From: an uncultured Methanosarcinales archaeon
GTDB lineage: Archaea; Nanobdellota; Nanobdellia; Woesearchaeales; JACPBV01
Direction: 5' to 3'
DNA length: 64,000 nt
Assembly: GCA_964618315.1 (NCBI GenBank)
Contig: CAZTWQ010000001.1
Coordinates: 6,877-70,876, forward strand
The translations under genes and the position numbers were made by a program. Within the stretch, counting starts at the first letter, position 1. Each line of letters begins with the position of its first letter. Under the pieces are notes generated by a model. That model did not search any database. It worked only from the letters and a program-made list of their open reading frames with translations, and was not told the origin of the DNA. Positions 17,051-27,302 of this stretch are shown one piece after another.

Positions 17051-17855
17051 TTTTGTTTATTCTCCCATAGAAATATATCCTATTAAATGATATCAATAAG
17101 TAAATAAATATTATTGAGGATATTTGGAAGATTTTTAGATATGCAGAACCATAATTAATTAGAATCTGTTGGTTTTTAGTGACTAAAAACTTAAAGATGA
17201 AATGTAGAATATTGTATATTATGAGGTAGATTAGAGTGATAGCTATGTTAAATATGATGAACTGATAGTATATCTTTAATTTATGGAAAGTTATCTTAAA
17301 GCTATCCTTAATCAGATGTTTTCTTTGGTCATGGATGAATAATGTGTGGCTGATATTAATGGTGGAGTAAAAGAAAAATATGAAGATGGGGATCAATATA
17401 ACTAAAAGGTATTTTAGGAAGTCTCTTGTTAAGGTTAATGATAATATAGTGAGTGAGATTAAGCCTGTAAATACAAAAATTGCAGAGATTGCCAGGTTAA
17501 GTGTGTAGAACTTACCCAGGGATTTGAAAGTAAATCTGGTTTTCTCGTGTATCTCCCTTATTAAATTCAAGATTATCATCTTGATCATTGAATAAATAAA
17601 GATAATAAAGATATAATATACTAATGGGTAGATTATTACAAATAATAACAGATTTAATTGAGTTTTGAAAATATCCATTAATTGTTGTGCATCTGCAGGT
17701 ATGAATGACGCAAGGTATTTTCCTAAAAAGATAAAAATTGTCAAGAAAACAAAATCCAAGATAATAGTATATAGGTATAGATTAGGAGTTTTCTTAATAA
17801 TCGTTAGTGCATTAAATACAGATGAATTTAAGAATGCTTTTTTGAATTTGTTCAT
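17037..17855 (-). CDS. hypothetical polytopic membrane protein
   Basis: 272 aa and very hydrophobic. Confidence 0.45.
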   Translation of the reverse strand: MNKFKKAFLNSSVFNALTIIKKTPNLYLYTIILDFVFLTIFIFLGKYLASFIPADAQQLMDIFKTQLNLLLFVIIYPLVYYIFIIFIYSMIKMIILNLIREIHEKTRFTFKSLGKFYTLNLAISAIFVFTGLISLTILSLTLTRDFLKYLLVILIPIFIFFFYSTINISHTLFIHDQRKHLIKDSFKITFHKLKIYYQFIIFNIAITLIYLIIYNILHFIFKFLVTKNQQILINYGSAYLKIFQISSIIFIYLLISFNRIYFYGRINKNVLP

Positions 17856-17926
17856 TATGATATTATGTACCTAGCTTTTTTATAAACATTTTGTTTTATT
17901 GGCATTTGAAGAAGAAATGAATAAGG

Positions 17927-18089
17927 GGCTGCGTTGAAAATCTCACTACGTTCGGGTTGCCATCGGGTTCGCTTCTTGAAGTTGGTATGGATAACTGACA
18001 TTCCCCGTAAGGGACCTCCCCCTTGTCAGTTTGAAGTGATTATCTATCAAGCTCACGAATTGATGGCGACCTATATTTTCAACGCAGCC
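17927..18089. mobile_element. MITE-like element E1 (163 bp, about 15-bp TIR GGCTGCGTTGAAAAT, degenerate TSD)
   Basis: Its core is about 90% identical to E2 (36713..36875). Perfect terminal inverted repeats GGCTGCGTTGAAAAT / ATTTTCAACGCAGCC. Flanks GAATAAG / GGATAAG look like a decayed TSD. Confidence 0.45.
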
Positions 18090-18166
18090 ATGGATAAGAA
18101 GAAACTTTTTATTTATACCTTATAAACAACACAATGTTTATAAATGTCAATAAAACCTTTTAAGAA

Positions 18167-18634
18167 ATGGTAAAAAAAGATACAATAAAAACAATCATTT
18201 CTATTGCTGTTATCATAGTTTTAGCTATTATCATCACCAGTGTAAATAATATGGTTTTTTCTAAATCGTTGGGTGAATTAGAGACTGGGGCCAGGGTTGA
18301 GTCTGGCGTATCTGAAGGTGGAGATGAATTAAATTCAAATGGTGATTATAGTGGATGTTTTAGTCATAGTCAAGATACAGTAGTTTTTGTATATTCTAAT
18401 TCCTGCCCTTATTGTAATCAAATGAAGCCAATAGTAAAAGAGCTTGAAAGTGATGGATATAAGTTTTATTGGGCAGAGGGGTCTGATAAGGAAGCGAGAG
18501 AAATTATAGATGGATGTTTTAGTGATTTAACAGGGGGTTATGTACCTCAGGTGATATGCCCTGCAACTGGAAAAGAACAGACTGGGGCCATGGATAAATC
18601 TAGTTTGAAGAGATTTGCTGATAACTGCAAATAG
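18167..18634 (+). CDS. membrane-anchored thioredoxin-fold thiol-disulfide oxidoreductase
   Basis: N-terminal TM anchor followed by a CPYC active site (VFVYSNSCPYCNQMKP). Confidence 0.6.
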   Translation: MVKKDTIKTIISIAVIIVLAIIITSVNNMVFSKSLGELETGARVESGVSEGGDELNSNGDYSGCFSHSQDTVVFVYSNSCPYCNQMKPIVKELESDGYKFYWAEGSDKEAREIIDGCFSDLTGGYVPQVICPATGKEQTGAMDKSSLKRFADNCK

Positions 18635-18639
18635 AAATA

Positions 18640-18834
18640 TTATCCTTTTAATGCTTGATTTATTTTCTTTTTAAATTTATTAAACCTTTGATCAAATAGG
18701 GTTTTGTTTGCACCTTGCTGTAACGCAAGCATTCTTGCTAAGATCGATAAGTCAATCATCTCTTTTACAGCGTGAGGGTCTTTATCTTCTTTTAAGTCAT
18801 TTATTTCTACCAAGTGTTCCTGAATCTGCAACAT
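18640..18834 (-). CDS. hypothetical small protein
   Basis: 64-aa ORF with no recognisable motif. Confidence 0.25.
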   Translation of the reverse strand: MLQIQEHLVEINDLKEDKDPHAVKEMIDLSILARMLALQQGANKTLFDQRFNKFKKKINQALKG

Positions 18835-19049
18835 AAGAAATTCATAATAATCATCTTCTTTTGGAAATTGTTTTTGATTTAACTTATGTAATGACTTAAG
18901 TCCTGTTAGATTTAGAATAATAAACCACCCCCGATTTTCATAATTGATTTTGAGATTGATGATTTATATACTTTTGGTTGAGTAATTGGAGACTAAACTA
19001 TAAGAACGAATCTTAATATATCAAATAGGATAAAAAGAAAAGTAGTATA

Positions 19050-19997
19050 CTAATTAGTACTTAAATGATCATAACCATGTTTTTTTATCTTTGTCTCTTT
19101 TCCTCTGCTGTATAGATATGCACCTTTTCTTTTGGTTATTTCGCCCACTAGAAAGCCCTTTACCTTGTTTAGGTTTTTTTCAGAAACTGTAAAGACTAAT
19201 TCAAAATCTTCCCCACCATATAATGCATAATCTAGCGGGTCTTTTTTTGCTGCTTTTGCTGCCTGCCTTGTTTCTTGTTTTATCGGGATGTTGTCTTTGA
19301 AGATTATTGCTCCCATGTTACTTTGCTCGCAGATATGTTTTACTTCTGATGCCAGACCATCTGAGACGTCAATCATAGCATGGATGTATTTTAAGAATGG
19401 TTTTACTTTATGGAATTTTGATTTTGGCTCCAGATGTTTAAGTTTTACTTTATCATGACCTTTGATGTTCTTGCGAAATAGGTTTAAACCTGCTGTAGAA
19501 GAACCAAGGTCTCCGCTTACTAAGATGAAATCTCCAGGTTTTGCATGAGATCTTAGACAGAGGTTTTCTTTTTTTACTTCGCCAATCATATCAATACCAA
19601 TGACTAATTCTTTTCCATGAGTTATGTTGCCGCCAATGATTTCTACTTTATGTTTTTTTCCTGAACTCCTCATCCCCTTGTATATTCTTTCTATTATCTC
19701 TACATCCAGGTTTTTTGGCAGGACTAATGAGACTAAAGCGTATTTGGGATTAGCACCCATTGAACCTATGTCTGAAACATTGATCTCGATGGCTTTTTTT
19801 CCTATCTGTTCTGGTGTGAAGTATTTTAATGAGAAATGGTCGCCTTCTACAATTGTGTCTGTGGTTATTGTTAAGAGTTTGTTTCCTACCTTTATTACAG
19901 CGGCGTCATCGCCTATGCCTTTTAGGATGTTTTTGTCTTTGGTCTTTTGAGATATTCTTTTTATTAAGTCGAATTCGCTGATTTGGTTTAATTTCAT
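19050..19997 (-). CDS. thiL: thiamine-monophosphate kinase
   Basis: PurM-like fold with GDDAAVI, TTDTIVEGDHF and DVSDGL motifs. Confidence 0.8.
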   Translation of the reverse strand: MKLNQISEFDLIKRISQKTKDKNILKGIGDDAAVIKVGNKLLTITTDTIVEGDHFSLKYFTPEQIGKKAIEINVSDIGSMGANPKYALVSLVLPKNLDVEIIERIYKGMRSSGKKHKVEIIGGNITHGKELVIGIDMIGEVKKENLCLRSHAKPGDFILVSGDLGSSTAGLNLFRKNIKGHDKVKLKHLEPKSKFHKVKPFLKYIHAMIDVSDGLASEVKHICEQSNMGAIIFKDNIPIKQETRQAAKAAKKDPLDYALYGGEDFELVFTVSEKNLNKVKGFLVGEITKRKGAYLYSRGKETKIKKHGYDHLSTN

Positions 19998-20052
19998 TTT
20001 GAGTTAAATTAATTTTGATTAGAATATAAATGTTTTGATTGGATGAAATAAT

Positions 20053-20466
20053 ATGGTTTTTAGATGGGCATTTTCCGATAATTATTTATATCAACAAAAT
20101 TATTACAGAATTATGGATGAAACTAATAATCCACCACCTAGAAAAGATATTGTCATAGGGATGATTGTAATTGTCCTACTTAATATATATCTAACCCTTT
20201 CAGGTTTTGGTCAGGCAATCCCCCATAAATTCAGATATAATTATCTCTTTTATATTGCAGGAGCATTAGCATCTATCAATTTAGTGTTATCTGCAATACA
20301 ATTATTCAAAAAGCAAAAAAATCTGAATATGGTCCTAACGATTATCTTTATTGTACTTATTACAAGTGCTTTGACTGAAAACGGTCTTTTTCAGAATATT
20401 ATATTATTTGCTGGGCTTTTATATCTTGGGTATATTGTGAAGTTAAAGAGACGTTTGAGTAATTAG
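20053..20466 (+). CDS. hypothetical membrane protein
   Basis: 137 aa with 4 hydrophobic segments. Confidence 0.4.
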   Translation: MVFRWAFSDNYLYQQNYYRIMDETNNPPPRKDIVIGMIVIVLLNIYLTLSGFGQAIPHKFRYNYLFYIAGALASINLVLSAIQLFKKQKNLNMVLTIIFIVLITSALTENGLFQNIILFAGLLYLGYIVKLKRRLSN

Positions 20467-20499
20467 TCGAATACCATTAGCCCTATGTTGAGGTATCAC

Positions 20500-20751
20500 T
20501 TATTCTTTAGAATCACTTTTTAGAACAGTTGGTGAAGTTAAAATAGATTTAATCATAAATACTCCCGCTATTGCAATCAATAGACCGACAAATCTAGAGA
20601 AAATTCCCTTTGTGTATGTTGATGAAGTACCTGGAGTGCCACCACCTATACCCGTAATCAAACTGTATATTCCTACGCTTATCAGTAAAATTGCCAGGAT
20701 TCCATGTCCAATCTCCTCTTTTTTGGTATATTCCATGTTATGCAAACTCAT
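20500..20751 (-). CDS. hypothetical small membrane protein
   Basis: 83 aa with 2 TM segments. Confidence 0.35.
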   Translation of the reverse strand: MSLHNMEYTKKEEIGHGILAILLISVGIYSLITGIGGGTPGTSSTYTKGIFSRFVGLLIAIAGVFMIKSILTSPTVLKSDSKE

Positions 20752-20752
20752 C

Positions 20753-21634
20753 TTATATTGATATGGTTAAAATCAGGTTAGCAACATATTTTAAAATAAA
20801 AGATAATAGAATAAATACTAAGACAGGTATTAAATACAATAAGAGCAGTTTAAGTGTCTTATCTTCCCTTTTAAAGTAGAAAATTACATAAGGAATATTA
20901 AACGATATGAATGCTAAAACAAAGGCAATATTTGCATTAAAAATCTCAGAACTAAATAAACTGACAATTCCTGTTGTACCTAATGGATTACCAGCAGAAA
21001 GTTGAGATAGTTGTGCAGATAATTTTGAAATGATTGTTCCAATCATGCTATTGGTTGCAAATATCAATCCTAAAAGAGAGGAAAAAATCACTCCAGTGGT
21101 CAAATATTTCTTAGAATTGTCACTTACTTTGTTAAACATGTAAGCTATGAGTAATCCAACTACAAATGTACTGATTGAGATTAATGCATAAAAAAGGACA
21201 TTCCCCATTGCAGTAAATGATTTAAGTAATGGGAATACAGTTAAAATCAATAATCCAATAGGTGATAAAAGGAAAATAGTCATTAAAATCCCATACAAAT
21301 TTCTTTTTTTGATATAAATTATTATCGACCCTCCAAAAAGCAAAGGGAAAATTAAATTAACAAATTTTGATTTGATCAATGATATAATAATTCCTGCAAC
21401 TAATTGTAATGAAAAAATTACAAGAAGAATATAGAATATAACCATAAACAATGTTCCTTTTTGAGATAAAAATTGATTAAATCCAAGATTGGAATTTTCT
21501 CTAGGTGGATTTATAGCCTCGTTTACATCTGATGGTTTATATCCTTGCTTTAAAAGAGATTGCCTTAATTGATCCTTAGAATAACCTTGTTCTTCTTTTG
21601 ATTTAATCCAATCGATAATTCTTTTATCAACCAT
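20753..21634 (-). CDS. hypothetical membrane protein with an N-terminal cytoplasmic domain
   Basis: 293 aa; soluble N-terminal 45 aa followed by multiple TM segments. Confidence 0.45.
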   Translation of the reverse strand: MVDKRIIDWIKSKEEQGYSKDQLRQSLLKQGYKPSDVNEAINPPRENSNLGFNQFLSQKGTLFMVIFYILLVIFSLQLVAGIIISLIKSKFVNLIFPLLFGGSIIIYIKKRNLYGILMTIFLLSPIGLLILTVFPLLKSFTAMGNVLFYALISISTFVVGLLIAYMFNKVSDNSKKYLTTGVIFSSLLGLIFATNSMIGTIISKLSAQLSQLSAGNPLGTTGIVSLFSSEIFNANIAFVLAFISFNIPYVIFYFKREDKTLKLLLLYLIPVLVFILLSFILKYVANLILTISI

Positions 21635-21770
21635 TATAAATATAGCATAAAAGAGGTATATAAATGTTTTTAAAATGAGCTGGCCATTTTAATTATTAGC
21701 TATTGAGGATGATGGAAACTGATTATGGTTAGATTCTATGACATTGAAATCTAAAACCTTTAGAAATCGA

Positions 21771-23030
21771 TTATTTCAGTTCCTTATTTATCTTAACAGA
21801 GCAGAACTTACCACACATAGAACATACTTCTTCCCCTTCGGGTTTGCATTCTGCCCTGAACTTTTTGGCTGTTTCTGGGTCTATGGCTAATTCCATCATC
21901 TTGTTCCAGTCAAGATCTGCTCTTGCTCCTGACATCTTATCGTCCCAGTCTCTTGCGCCTTTTATCCCTTTTGCGATGTCTGCTGCATGTGCTGCTATTT
22001 TTGAAGCAATGACGCCTTGTTTTACATCTTCGATATTTGGTAAACCTAGGTGTTCTTTGGGCGTCACAAAACATAAAAAAGATGCACCATGCATCGCAGC
22101 TAATGTTCCTCCAATAGCTGATGTTATATGATCATAGCCAGGTGCTATATCTGTTACCAAAGGACCTAGAACATAGAACGGTGCGTTGTTGCACATCTCT
22201 TTTTGAAGTTTCATGTTGTGTTCGATCTGATCCATGGGTACATGACCCGGACCCTCAATAATTGATTGGACGTTTTCATCAAATGCTTTTTTTTGCAGTT
22301 CACCTAATGTTTTTAATTCATGAAGCTGTGCTTTATCTGTTGCATCTTTTAGGCAGCCAGGTCTTAAACCATCACCTAAGCTTAAAGTAACGTCATATTT
22401 TTTTGTCCAGAAAAGAATCTTATCGAATGATTCATATAAGGGATTTTCACGATTGTTATGTTCCATCCATTTAACTAAGAATGAACCTCCCCTACTTACA
22501 ACACCCATTGTTCTTTTTTTGATTAATTTTATTGAGTCTTTTGTAAGGCCGCAATGTACTGTTATAAAATCAACACCATCCTGGATATGTTTTTTTATCC
22601 CTTTGATCAGATCGCTTTCTGTCAAATCAACTATCGTGTCATTTTCGATTGCTGCCTGATATATTGGAACGGTACCAATCGGAACTTCTGAATTTTTTAT
22701 TATTAATCGTCTTACTTCATCTATGTTTCCGCCAGTGCTTAGATCCATCACAGTATCTGCACCGTATTTGACTGCTATTTTTAGTTTTTCTAGTTCTTCG
22801 CCTATATCATGTTTTGTTTGACTGGTGCCTATGTTGGCATTGATCTTTGTTCTAAGACCTTCTCCAATACCCAATGGTTTTACATTAGAATGTAATGTTG
22901 ATGCTGTGATTACTGCTCTGCCTTGCGCTATCAATCTCATCAATTCTTTTGGTTTTAGATTTTCATCTCTAGCGATATCTTCCATCTCTTTGCTTATATC
23001 GTTGAATTTTGCTTGTTCTAATTGTGTCAT
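21771..23030 (-). CDS. thiC: phosphomethylpyrimidine synthase
   Basis: C-terminal CSMCGKFCS motif and a conserved ThiC core; 419 aa. Confidence 0.9.
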   Translation of the reverse strand: MTQLEQAKFNDISKEMEDIARDENLKPKELMRLIAQGRAVITASTLHSNVKPLGIGEGLRTKINANIGTSQTKHDIGEELEKLKIAVKYGADTVMDLSTGGNIDEVRRLIIKNSEVPIGTVPIYQAAIENDTIVDLTESDLIKGIKKHIQDGVDFITVHCGLTKDSIKLIKKRTMGVVSRGGSFLVKWMEHNNRENPLYESFDKILFWTKKYDVTLSLGDGLRPGCLKDATDKAQLHELKTLGELQKKAFDENVQSIIEGPGHVPMDQIEHNMKLQKEMCNNAPFYVLGPLVTDIAPGYDHITSAIGGTLAAMHGASFLCFVTPKEHLGLPNIEDVKQGVIASKIAAHAADIAKGIKGARDWDDKMSGARADLDWNKMMELAIDPETAKKFRAECKPEGEEVCSMCGKFCSVKINKELK

Positions 23031-23266
23031 TTTGTTTTAGCTAAATGGGTTAGAGGGGGATTTTAATTCTTTATCAGTACATATTCTTTTTATATAATGT
23101 TCACTTAATTGCATAGTTGTTAAGATATGTTATCCCCCTAGTTTACTAAATCAATAAACAGGGACTATATTAAAATGTTGTGTTTTTAAAAATCCAGAAA
23201 TAGGGGGGTTTAATCCTAGATAATAAACTATCATCACCGGATTTTTTATCTTTGTATATATGATGA

Positions 23267-23824
23267 TCAGACACTATTATTAGTTAATCTCTTTTTAGAG
23301 TATTGAACTCCAAAAGCTAGAATTCCACCTAAGATAGCTGTGTAGAACTGGAATATGCCCATAGAAGTTAAGAACAATAAAGGTACTAAATTTAGGCTGA
23401 ATAATATATAAGCTACTAGGAATAAGAATGATGCTTTTATTATTGATCCTATAATTAAAGTTATTGCATAGTTTACTTTCTTGTTTAGGTTTAGTGCTTT
23501 AAATGCAAAAATCAATATTGAATTTCCAATCCATATAAAAGGTATCATGTAGAGTAAGAAGATTGTAAATGGACCAAATAACACTCCTCGTGATAGTGCA
23601 CCTAGTGTGGGTGCGATTATTATCGGCAATAACTTATAGCCTTTGATGTTTAAAGCAGATGTTATTAGTAATGCATTGATTAATATGCCTACAACAATCT
23701 GAGGATGGCCTATCATCAACGGCAAAAAGAATGAAACTATTGAGTAAATGATTATCTCAAACAACTCTGTTTTGTAGCCTAATAGATAATCTTGTTTGTT
23801 CATTATTTTGTTTAGATATTCCAT
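23267..23824 (-). CDS. hypothetical polytopic membrane protein, possibly a vitamin/precursor uptake S-component
   Basis: 185 aa with 5-6 TM segments; sits next to thiC. The transporter role is a guess. Confidence 0.35.
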   Translation of the reverse strand: MEYLNKIMNKQDYLLGYKTELFEIIIYSIVSFFLPLMIGHPQIVVGILINALLITSALNIKGYKLLPIIIAPTLGALSRGVLFGPFTIFLLYMIPFIWIGNSILIFAFKALNLNKKVNYAITLIIGSIIKASFLFLVAYILFSLNLVPLLFLTSMGIFQFYTAILGGILAFGVQYSKKRLTNNSV

Positions 23825-23923
23825 TGTATCGTTGAAGGAAATTAGCTTGTTTAAATAATTTTTGTTTAACTATATTTTCAATCCCCGAAAATCTTAAATA
23901 CTATTACAAAACTGTTTATTTTC

Positions 23924-24364
23924 ATGTTAAGAGGGAGGCATATTTTTGACAAAGGGGCTTCAAAATTACTCATTTCTAGACTTAGAAATATACAAAAAAA
24001 AGAAGGTTACTTATCTGAAGAGAATCTGAAAGGAGTATCAAAAGAAACAAAAATACCTATAACAAGGGTATATGAAGTGGCTACATTCTATTCATTTTTT
24101 AATGTGAAGAAAAAAGGCAAGCATGTAATCAGATTATGTAACTCCCCTGCATGTCTTGTTAATGGTTCTGAGAATATATTAGATATATTTGAGAAATTAT
24201 TAGGTATTAAATTAGGACAGACAACAGAAGATGGGAATTTTACTCTAGAAACCACTTCATGTATAGGGTGCTGTGATGAAAGCCCAGCAGCTTTAGTAGA
24301 TGAAAAAGCACATACTAATCTTAATGAAGATAAAATAAAAGAGATAATCGAAAAATGCAAGTAA
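23924..24364 (+). CDS. NuoE-like [2Fe-2S] subunit of bifurcating [FeFe]-hydrogenase (HydC)
   Basis: NuoE-type Cys pattern CNSPAC...TSCIGCC. Confidence 0.8.
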   Translation: MLRGRHIFDKGASKLLISRLRNIQKKEGYLSEENLKGVSKETKIPITRVYEVATFYSFFNVKKKGKHVIRLCNSPACLVNGSENILDIFEKLLGIKLGQTTEDGNFTLETTSCIGCCDESPAALVDEKAHTNLNEDKIKEIIEKCK

Positions 24365-25458
24365 CTAAAAAAACAGAGTTTAAGGGATTTGAAAAAGCAG
24401 TAAATTTGAAGCCAGAAGAAGTTATACAGGTAGTTAAAAAATCAGGATTAAAAGGGAGGGGGGGAGCAAACTTCTCAACAGGTCTAAAATGGGAATTTAC
24501 AAGAAAAAGTCCAAATCCTACTAAAGTTGTTATATGCAATGCTGATGAAGGGGAGCCAGGCACTTTTAAGGATAAATTAATACTTACAGAGAACCCATCT
24601 ATTGTAATTGAAGGGATAGCGATTGCAGCTTATGCAATTGGAGCTAAATTTGCTTATATCTATTTAAGAGCAGAATACGAGTATTTGAAGGAAAATCTTG
24701 AAAAAGCAATAGAAGAATATAAGGCTGAGTTGGACAAGATAGAATTAAATATTGATATTGTGATGGGTGCTGGAGCTTATATTTGTGGTGATGAAACTGC
24801 AATAATGAATTCTATACAAGAGCTTAGAGGAGAGCCACATGCAAAACCACCATATCCAGTTGAATCAGGGTTATGTAATTATCCAACTACAATAAATAAT
24901 GTTGCTACATTGGCAAATGTTCCCTTGATAATGTTAGATGAATGGGATGATCTAAGATTATATTCATTATCAGGTAATTTAGATAGTCCAGGGGTTTATG
25001 AGATGCCTTTAGGAATAACTACTAAAGAACTTATTGAGAAAGGAACCCCTAAAGAAGAGATAAAAGCATTATTCTTTGGATGTGCAGGTGGTTGTTTACC
25101 TTATGATCCTGAAATGAAACTGGATGTTGAATCAGTAAATGAAAAAGGTGCAATGCTTGGGAGTTGCACTGTTATTGCAATTGGAAAAAGCCAAAGCATA
25201 CCTAAAATCTGTAAGAATATAGCTGAATTTTTTGTTCATGAAAGTTGTGGTAAATGTACTCCTTGTAGGGAAGGTAATTTTAGAGTTTTAGAGATAATCA
25301 ATAAGATTGTTGAAAATAAAGCAGATGAAGATGATTTGAATGCATTGGAGGATCTTGCTATTTTTATCAACAAAACTTCATTATGTGGATTAGGACAAGC
25401 ATCTAACACACACATAAAAACAGCACTAAAATATTTTAGAGAGGAATTTACAAAATGA
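24355..25458 (+). CDS. NuoF-like NADH-binding FMN/[4Fe-4S] subunit (HydB, minimal form)
   Basis: GRGGANFSTGLKW, FMN and NADH motifs and ESCGKCTPCREG; lacks the N-terminal thioredoxin-like and C-terminal ferredoxin domains present in the second copy. Confidence 0.8.
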   Translation: MQVTKKTEFKGFEKAVNLKPEEVIQVVKKSGLKGRGGANFSTGLKWEFTRKSPNPTKVVICNADEGEPGTFKDKLILTENPSIVIEGIAIAAYAIGAKFAYIYLRAEYEYLKENLEKAIEEYKAELDKIELNIDIVMGAGAYICGDETAIMNSIQELRGEPHAKPPYPVESGLCNYPTTINNVATLANVPLIMLDEWDDLRLYSLSGNLDSPGVYEMPLGITTKELIEKGTPKEEIKALFFGCAGGCLPYDPEMKLDVESVNEKGAMLGSCTVIAIGKSQSIPKICKNIAEFFVHESCGKCTPCREGNFRVLEIINKIVENKADEDDLNALEDLAIFINKTSLCGLGQASNTHIKTALKYFREEFTK

Positions 25459-27152
25459 GCCAGATTATGATAAATGGGGTTCAATTTGAGGCAAAAGAAG
25501 GGGAGACTATCCTTGAATTATGCAAAAGAAACAATGTAGAGATACCTCACCTTTGTTACCATCCTGATCTAGAAGCTCAAGCAAGATGTAGGATATGTGT
25601 TGTGAGTGTAAATGGTAAATTAGTCACTTCATGTAATACAAAAGTAATTGATGGTATGAACATAATAACAGAGAATGATGAGATAATAAAAGCAAGGAAA
25701 TTGAATATGGAATTGCTGCTTGCTAACCATGATGCTAAGTTAGAGGATAATGAGTTAGGTAAAGTTGCAAAAAAATTAGGTGTAGATAAAAGCAGGTTTG
25801 ATAAAATTCAAGATAAAACAGTTGATGATAGCAGTGCAGGGATACATCATGATAACAATAAATGCATATTGTGTGGGAGATGCGTACAAAAATGCCAAAC
25901 TATTCAAAGTGTTTTTGCAATAGGATTTGAAAACAGAGGACACTATACTGAAGTAAACCCTTACTTTAATCACGGATTAGGTGATGTTTCATGTGTTCTT
26001 TGCGGTCAATGTACAAATGTCTGCCCTTCTCAGGCATTGATGGAAAAAGATTATACTAAAGAAGTTACAGATGCTATAAATGATTCTGATAAGGTAGTTA
26101 TTGTACAGACAGCACCTTCAATAAGAGGTACACTAGGGGAGACTCAAGGTATGGAGCCAGGAAGTTTAGTAACTGGAAAGATGGTCGCTGCTTTAAGAAA
26201 ATTAGGTTTTGATAAAGTACTAGATACAAACTTTACAGCTGATTTAACAATAGTTGAGGAAGGAAATGAACTTATTCAAAGGGTGAAAAATAAGGGGGTA
26301 CTCCCACAGATAACTTCATGCAGCCCTGGTTGGGTAAAATTTATAGAGCATTTTTATCCTGAACTCCTACCTAATTTAAGTTCATGTAAGAGTCCTCAGC
26401 AAATGTTTGGGACTTTGTTAAAGACATATTATGCTAAAAAGAATAATATTGATCCTTCTAAGATAGTTTCGGTTTCAATAATGCCTTGTATAGCTAAGAA
26501 ATACGAGATGAACAGGCCGGAGATGAAAGATTCTGGTTTTAAAGATGTTGATTATTCCTTAACTACGAGGGAGCTTGGAAGGATGATAAAAGACGCAGGG
26601 ATTGATTTTGCTAATCTAGAAGATGATAAATTCGATCCTATAATGGGTGAGTCAACTGGTGCTGCAGCAATATTTGGAGCTACTGGTGGTGTAATGGAAG
26701 CCGCTTTGCGTACAGCTGTAGATATTTTAGAAGGAAAAGATCTTCAAGAGATAGAATATACTGGAGTTAGAGGATTAAAAGGAATAAAAGAAGCAACAGT
26801 TAAGGTTGCTGGTATTGATGTTAGTGTAGCTGTTGCTCATGGCCTAGGAAATGCAAGAGCACTTATGGAAATGGTCAAGAAATATCCTTCAAAATATCAT
26901 TTTATAGAAATAATGGCATGTCCTGGTGGATGTGTTGGTGGAGGGGGTCAACCAGCCCCTACTAATTCTGAAGTTGTAAAGAAAAGATCAGAAGCACTTT
27001 ATGCGGAAGATAAGGGCTTAACTTATAGAAAATCACATAAGAACCCTGAAATAATCCAGCTTTATGAAGAGTTCTTAAAAGAGTATGGTTCGCATAAAGC
27101 ACATGAATTATTGCATACAAAATACACAGCAATGAATGAATTAGGGGATTAG
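25455..27152 (+). CDS. hydA: [FeFe]-hydrogenase catalytic subunit HydA (copy 1, non-canonical L1 motif)
   Basis: N-terminal 2Fe-2S plus two [4Fe-4S] motifs. H-cluster motif L2 MPCIAKKYE and L3 EIMACPGGCVGGGGQP are present, but L1 reads TSCSPGW instead of the canonical TSCCPxW. Confidence 0.85.
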   Translation: MSQIMINGVQFEAKEGETILELCKRNNVEIPHLCYHPDLEAQARCRICVVSVNGKLVTSCNTKVIDGMNIITENDEIIKARKLNMELLLANHDAKLEDNELGKVAKKLGVDKSRFDKIQDKTVDDSSAGIHHDNNKCILCGRCVQKCQTIQSVFAIGFENRGHYTEVNPYFNHGLGDVSCVLCGQCTNVCPSQALMEKDYTKEVTDAINDSDKVVIVQTAPSIRGTLGETQGMEPGSLVTGKMVAALRKLGFDKVLDTNFTADLTIVEEGNELIQRVKNKGVLPQITSCSPGWVKFIEHFYPELLPNLSSCKSPQQMFGTLLKTYYAKKNNIDPSKIVSVSIMPCIAKKYEMNRPEMKDSGFKDVDYSLTTRELGRMIKDAGIDFANLEDDKFDPIMGESTGAAAIFGATGGVMEAALRTAVDILEGKDLQEIEYTGVRGLKGIKEATVKVAGIDVSVAVAHGLGNARALMEMVKKYPSKYHFIEIMACPGGCVGGGGQPAPTNSEVVKKRSEALYAEDKGLTYRKSHKNPEIIQLYEEFLKEYGSHKAHELLHTKYTAMNELGD

Positions 27153-27296
27153 TGGTAGTTAATTTCTATTTTTATTTTTGTGGTAATTAAACAATATATC
27201 AGTTTCTAATAAGTTATGTGGAGTATAAAATAATAAATTAAATAATGTGGTAATTAAACTAAAATAAAAAGCTTTTTATAAGAGTGGTAATTAAAC
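27152..27296. promoter_or_regulatory. four direct copies of a 13-bp motif GTGGTAATTAAAC (the first copy is degenerate) between the two hydrogenase modules
   Basis: Copies at 27152 (GTGGTAGTTAATT), 27180, 27247 and 27284, ending 7 nt before the ATG of the second hydC. Confidence 0.35.
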
Positions 27297-27302
27297 TATT
27301 TT

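Noticed and set aside
17927-18089. Interpretation of the E1/E2 repeat core as box C/D or H/ACA sRNAs, SRP RNA or RNase P RNA.
   Set aside because: C-box-like (UGAUGG) and D-box-like (CUGA) words are present but in the wrong order and spacing. Size and the conserved motifs do not fit SRP or RNase P. The TIR-plus-TSD structure favours MITEs.
23031-23266. Possible TPP riboswitch upstream of thiC.
   Set aside because: I read the reverse complement and could not find the conserved CUGAGA / ACCUGAUCUGGAUAAUGCCAGCG core elements. No support from sequence alone.
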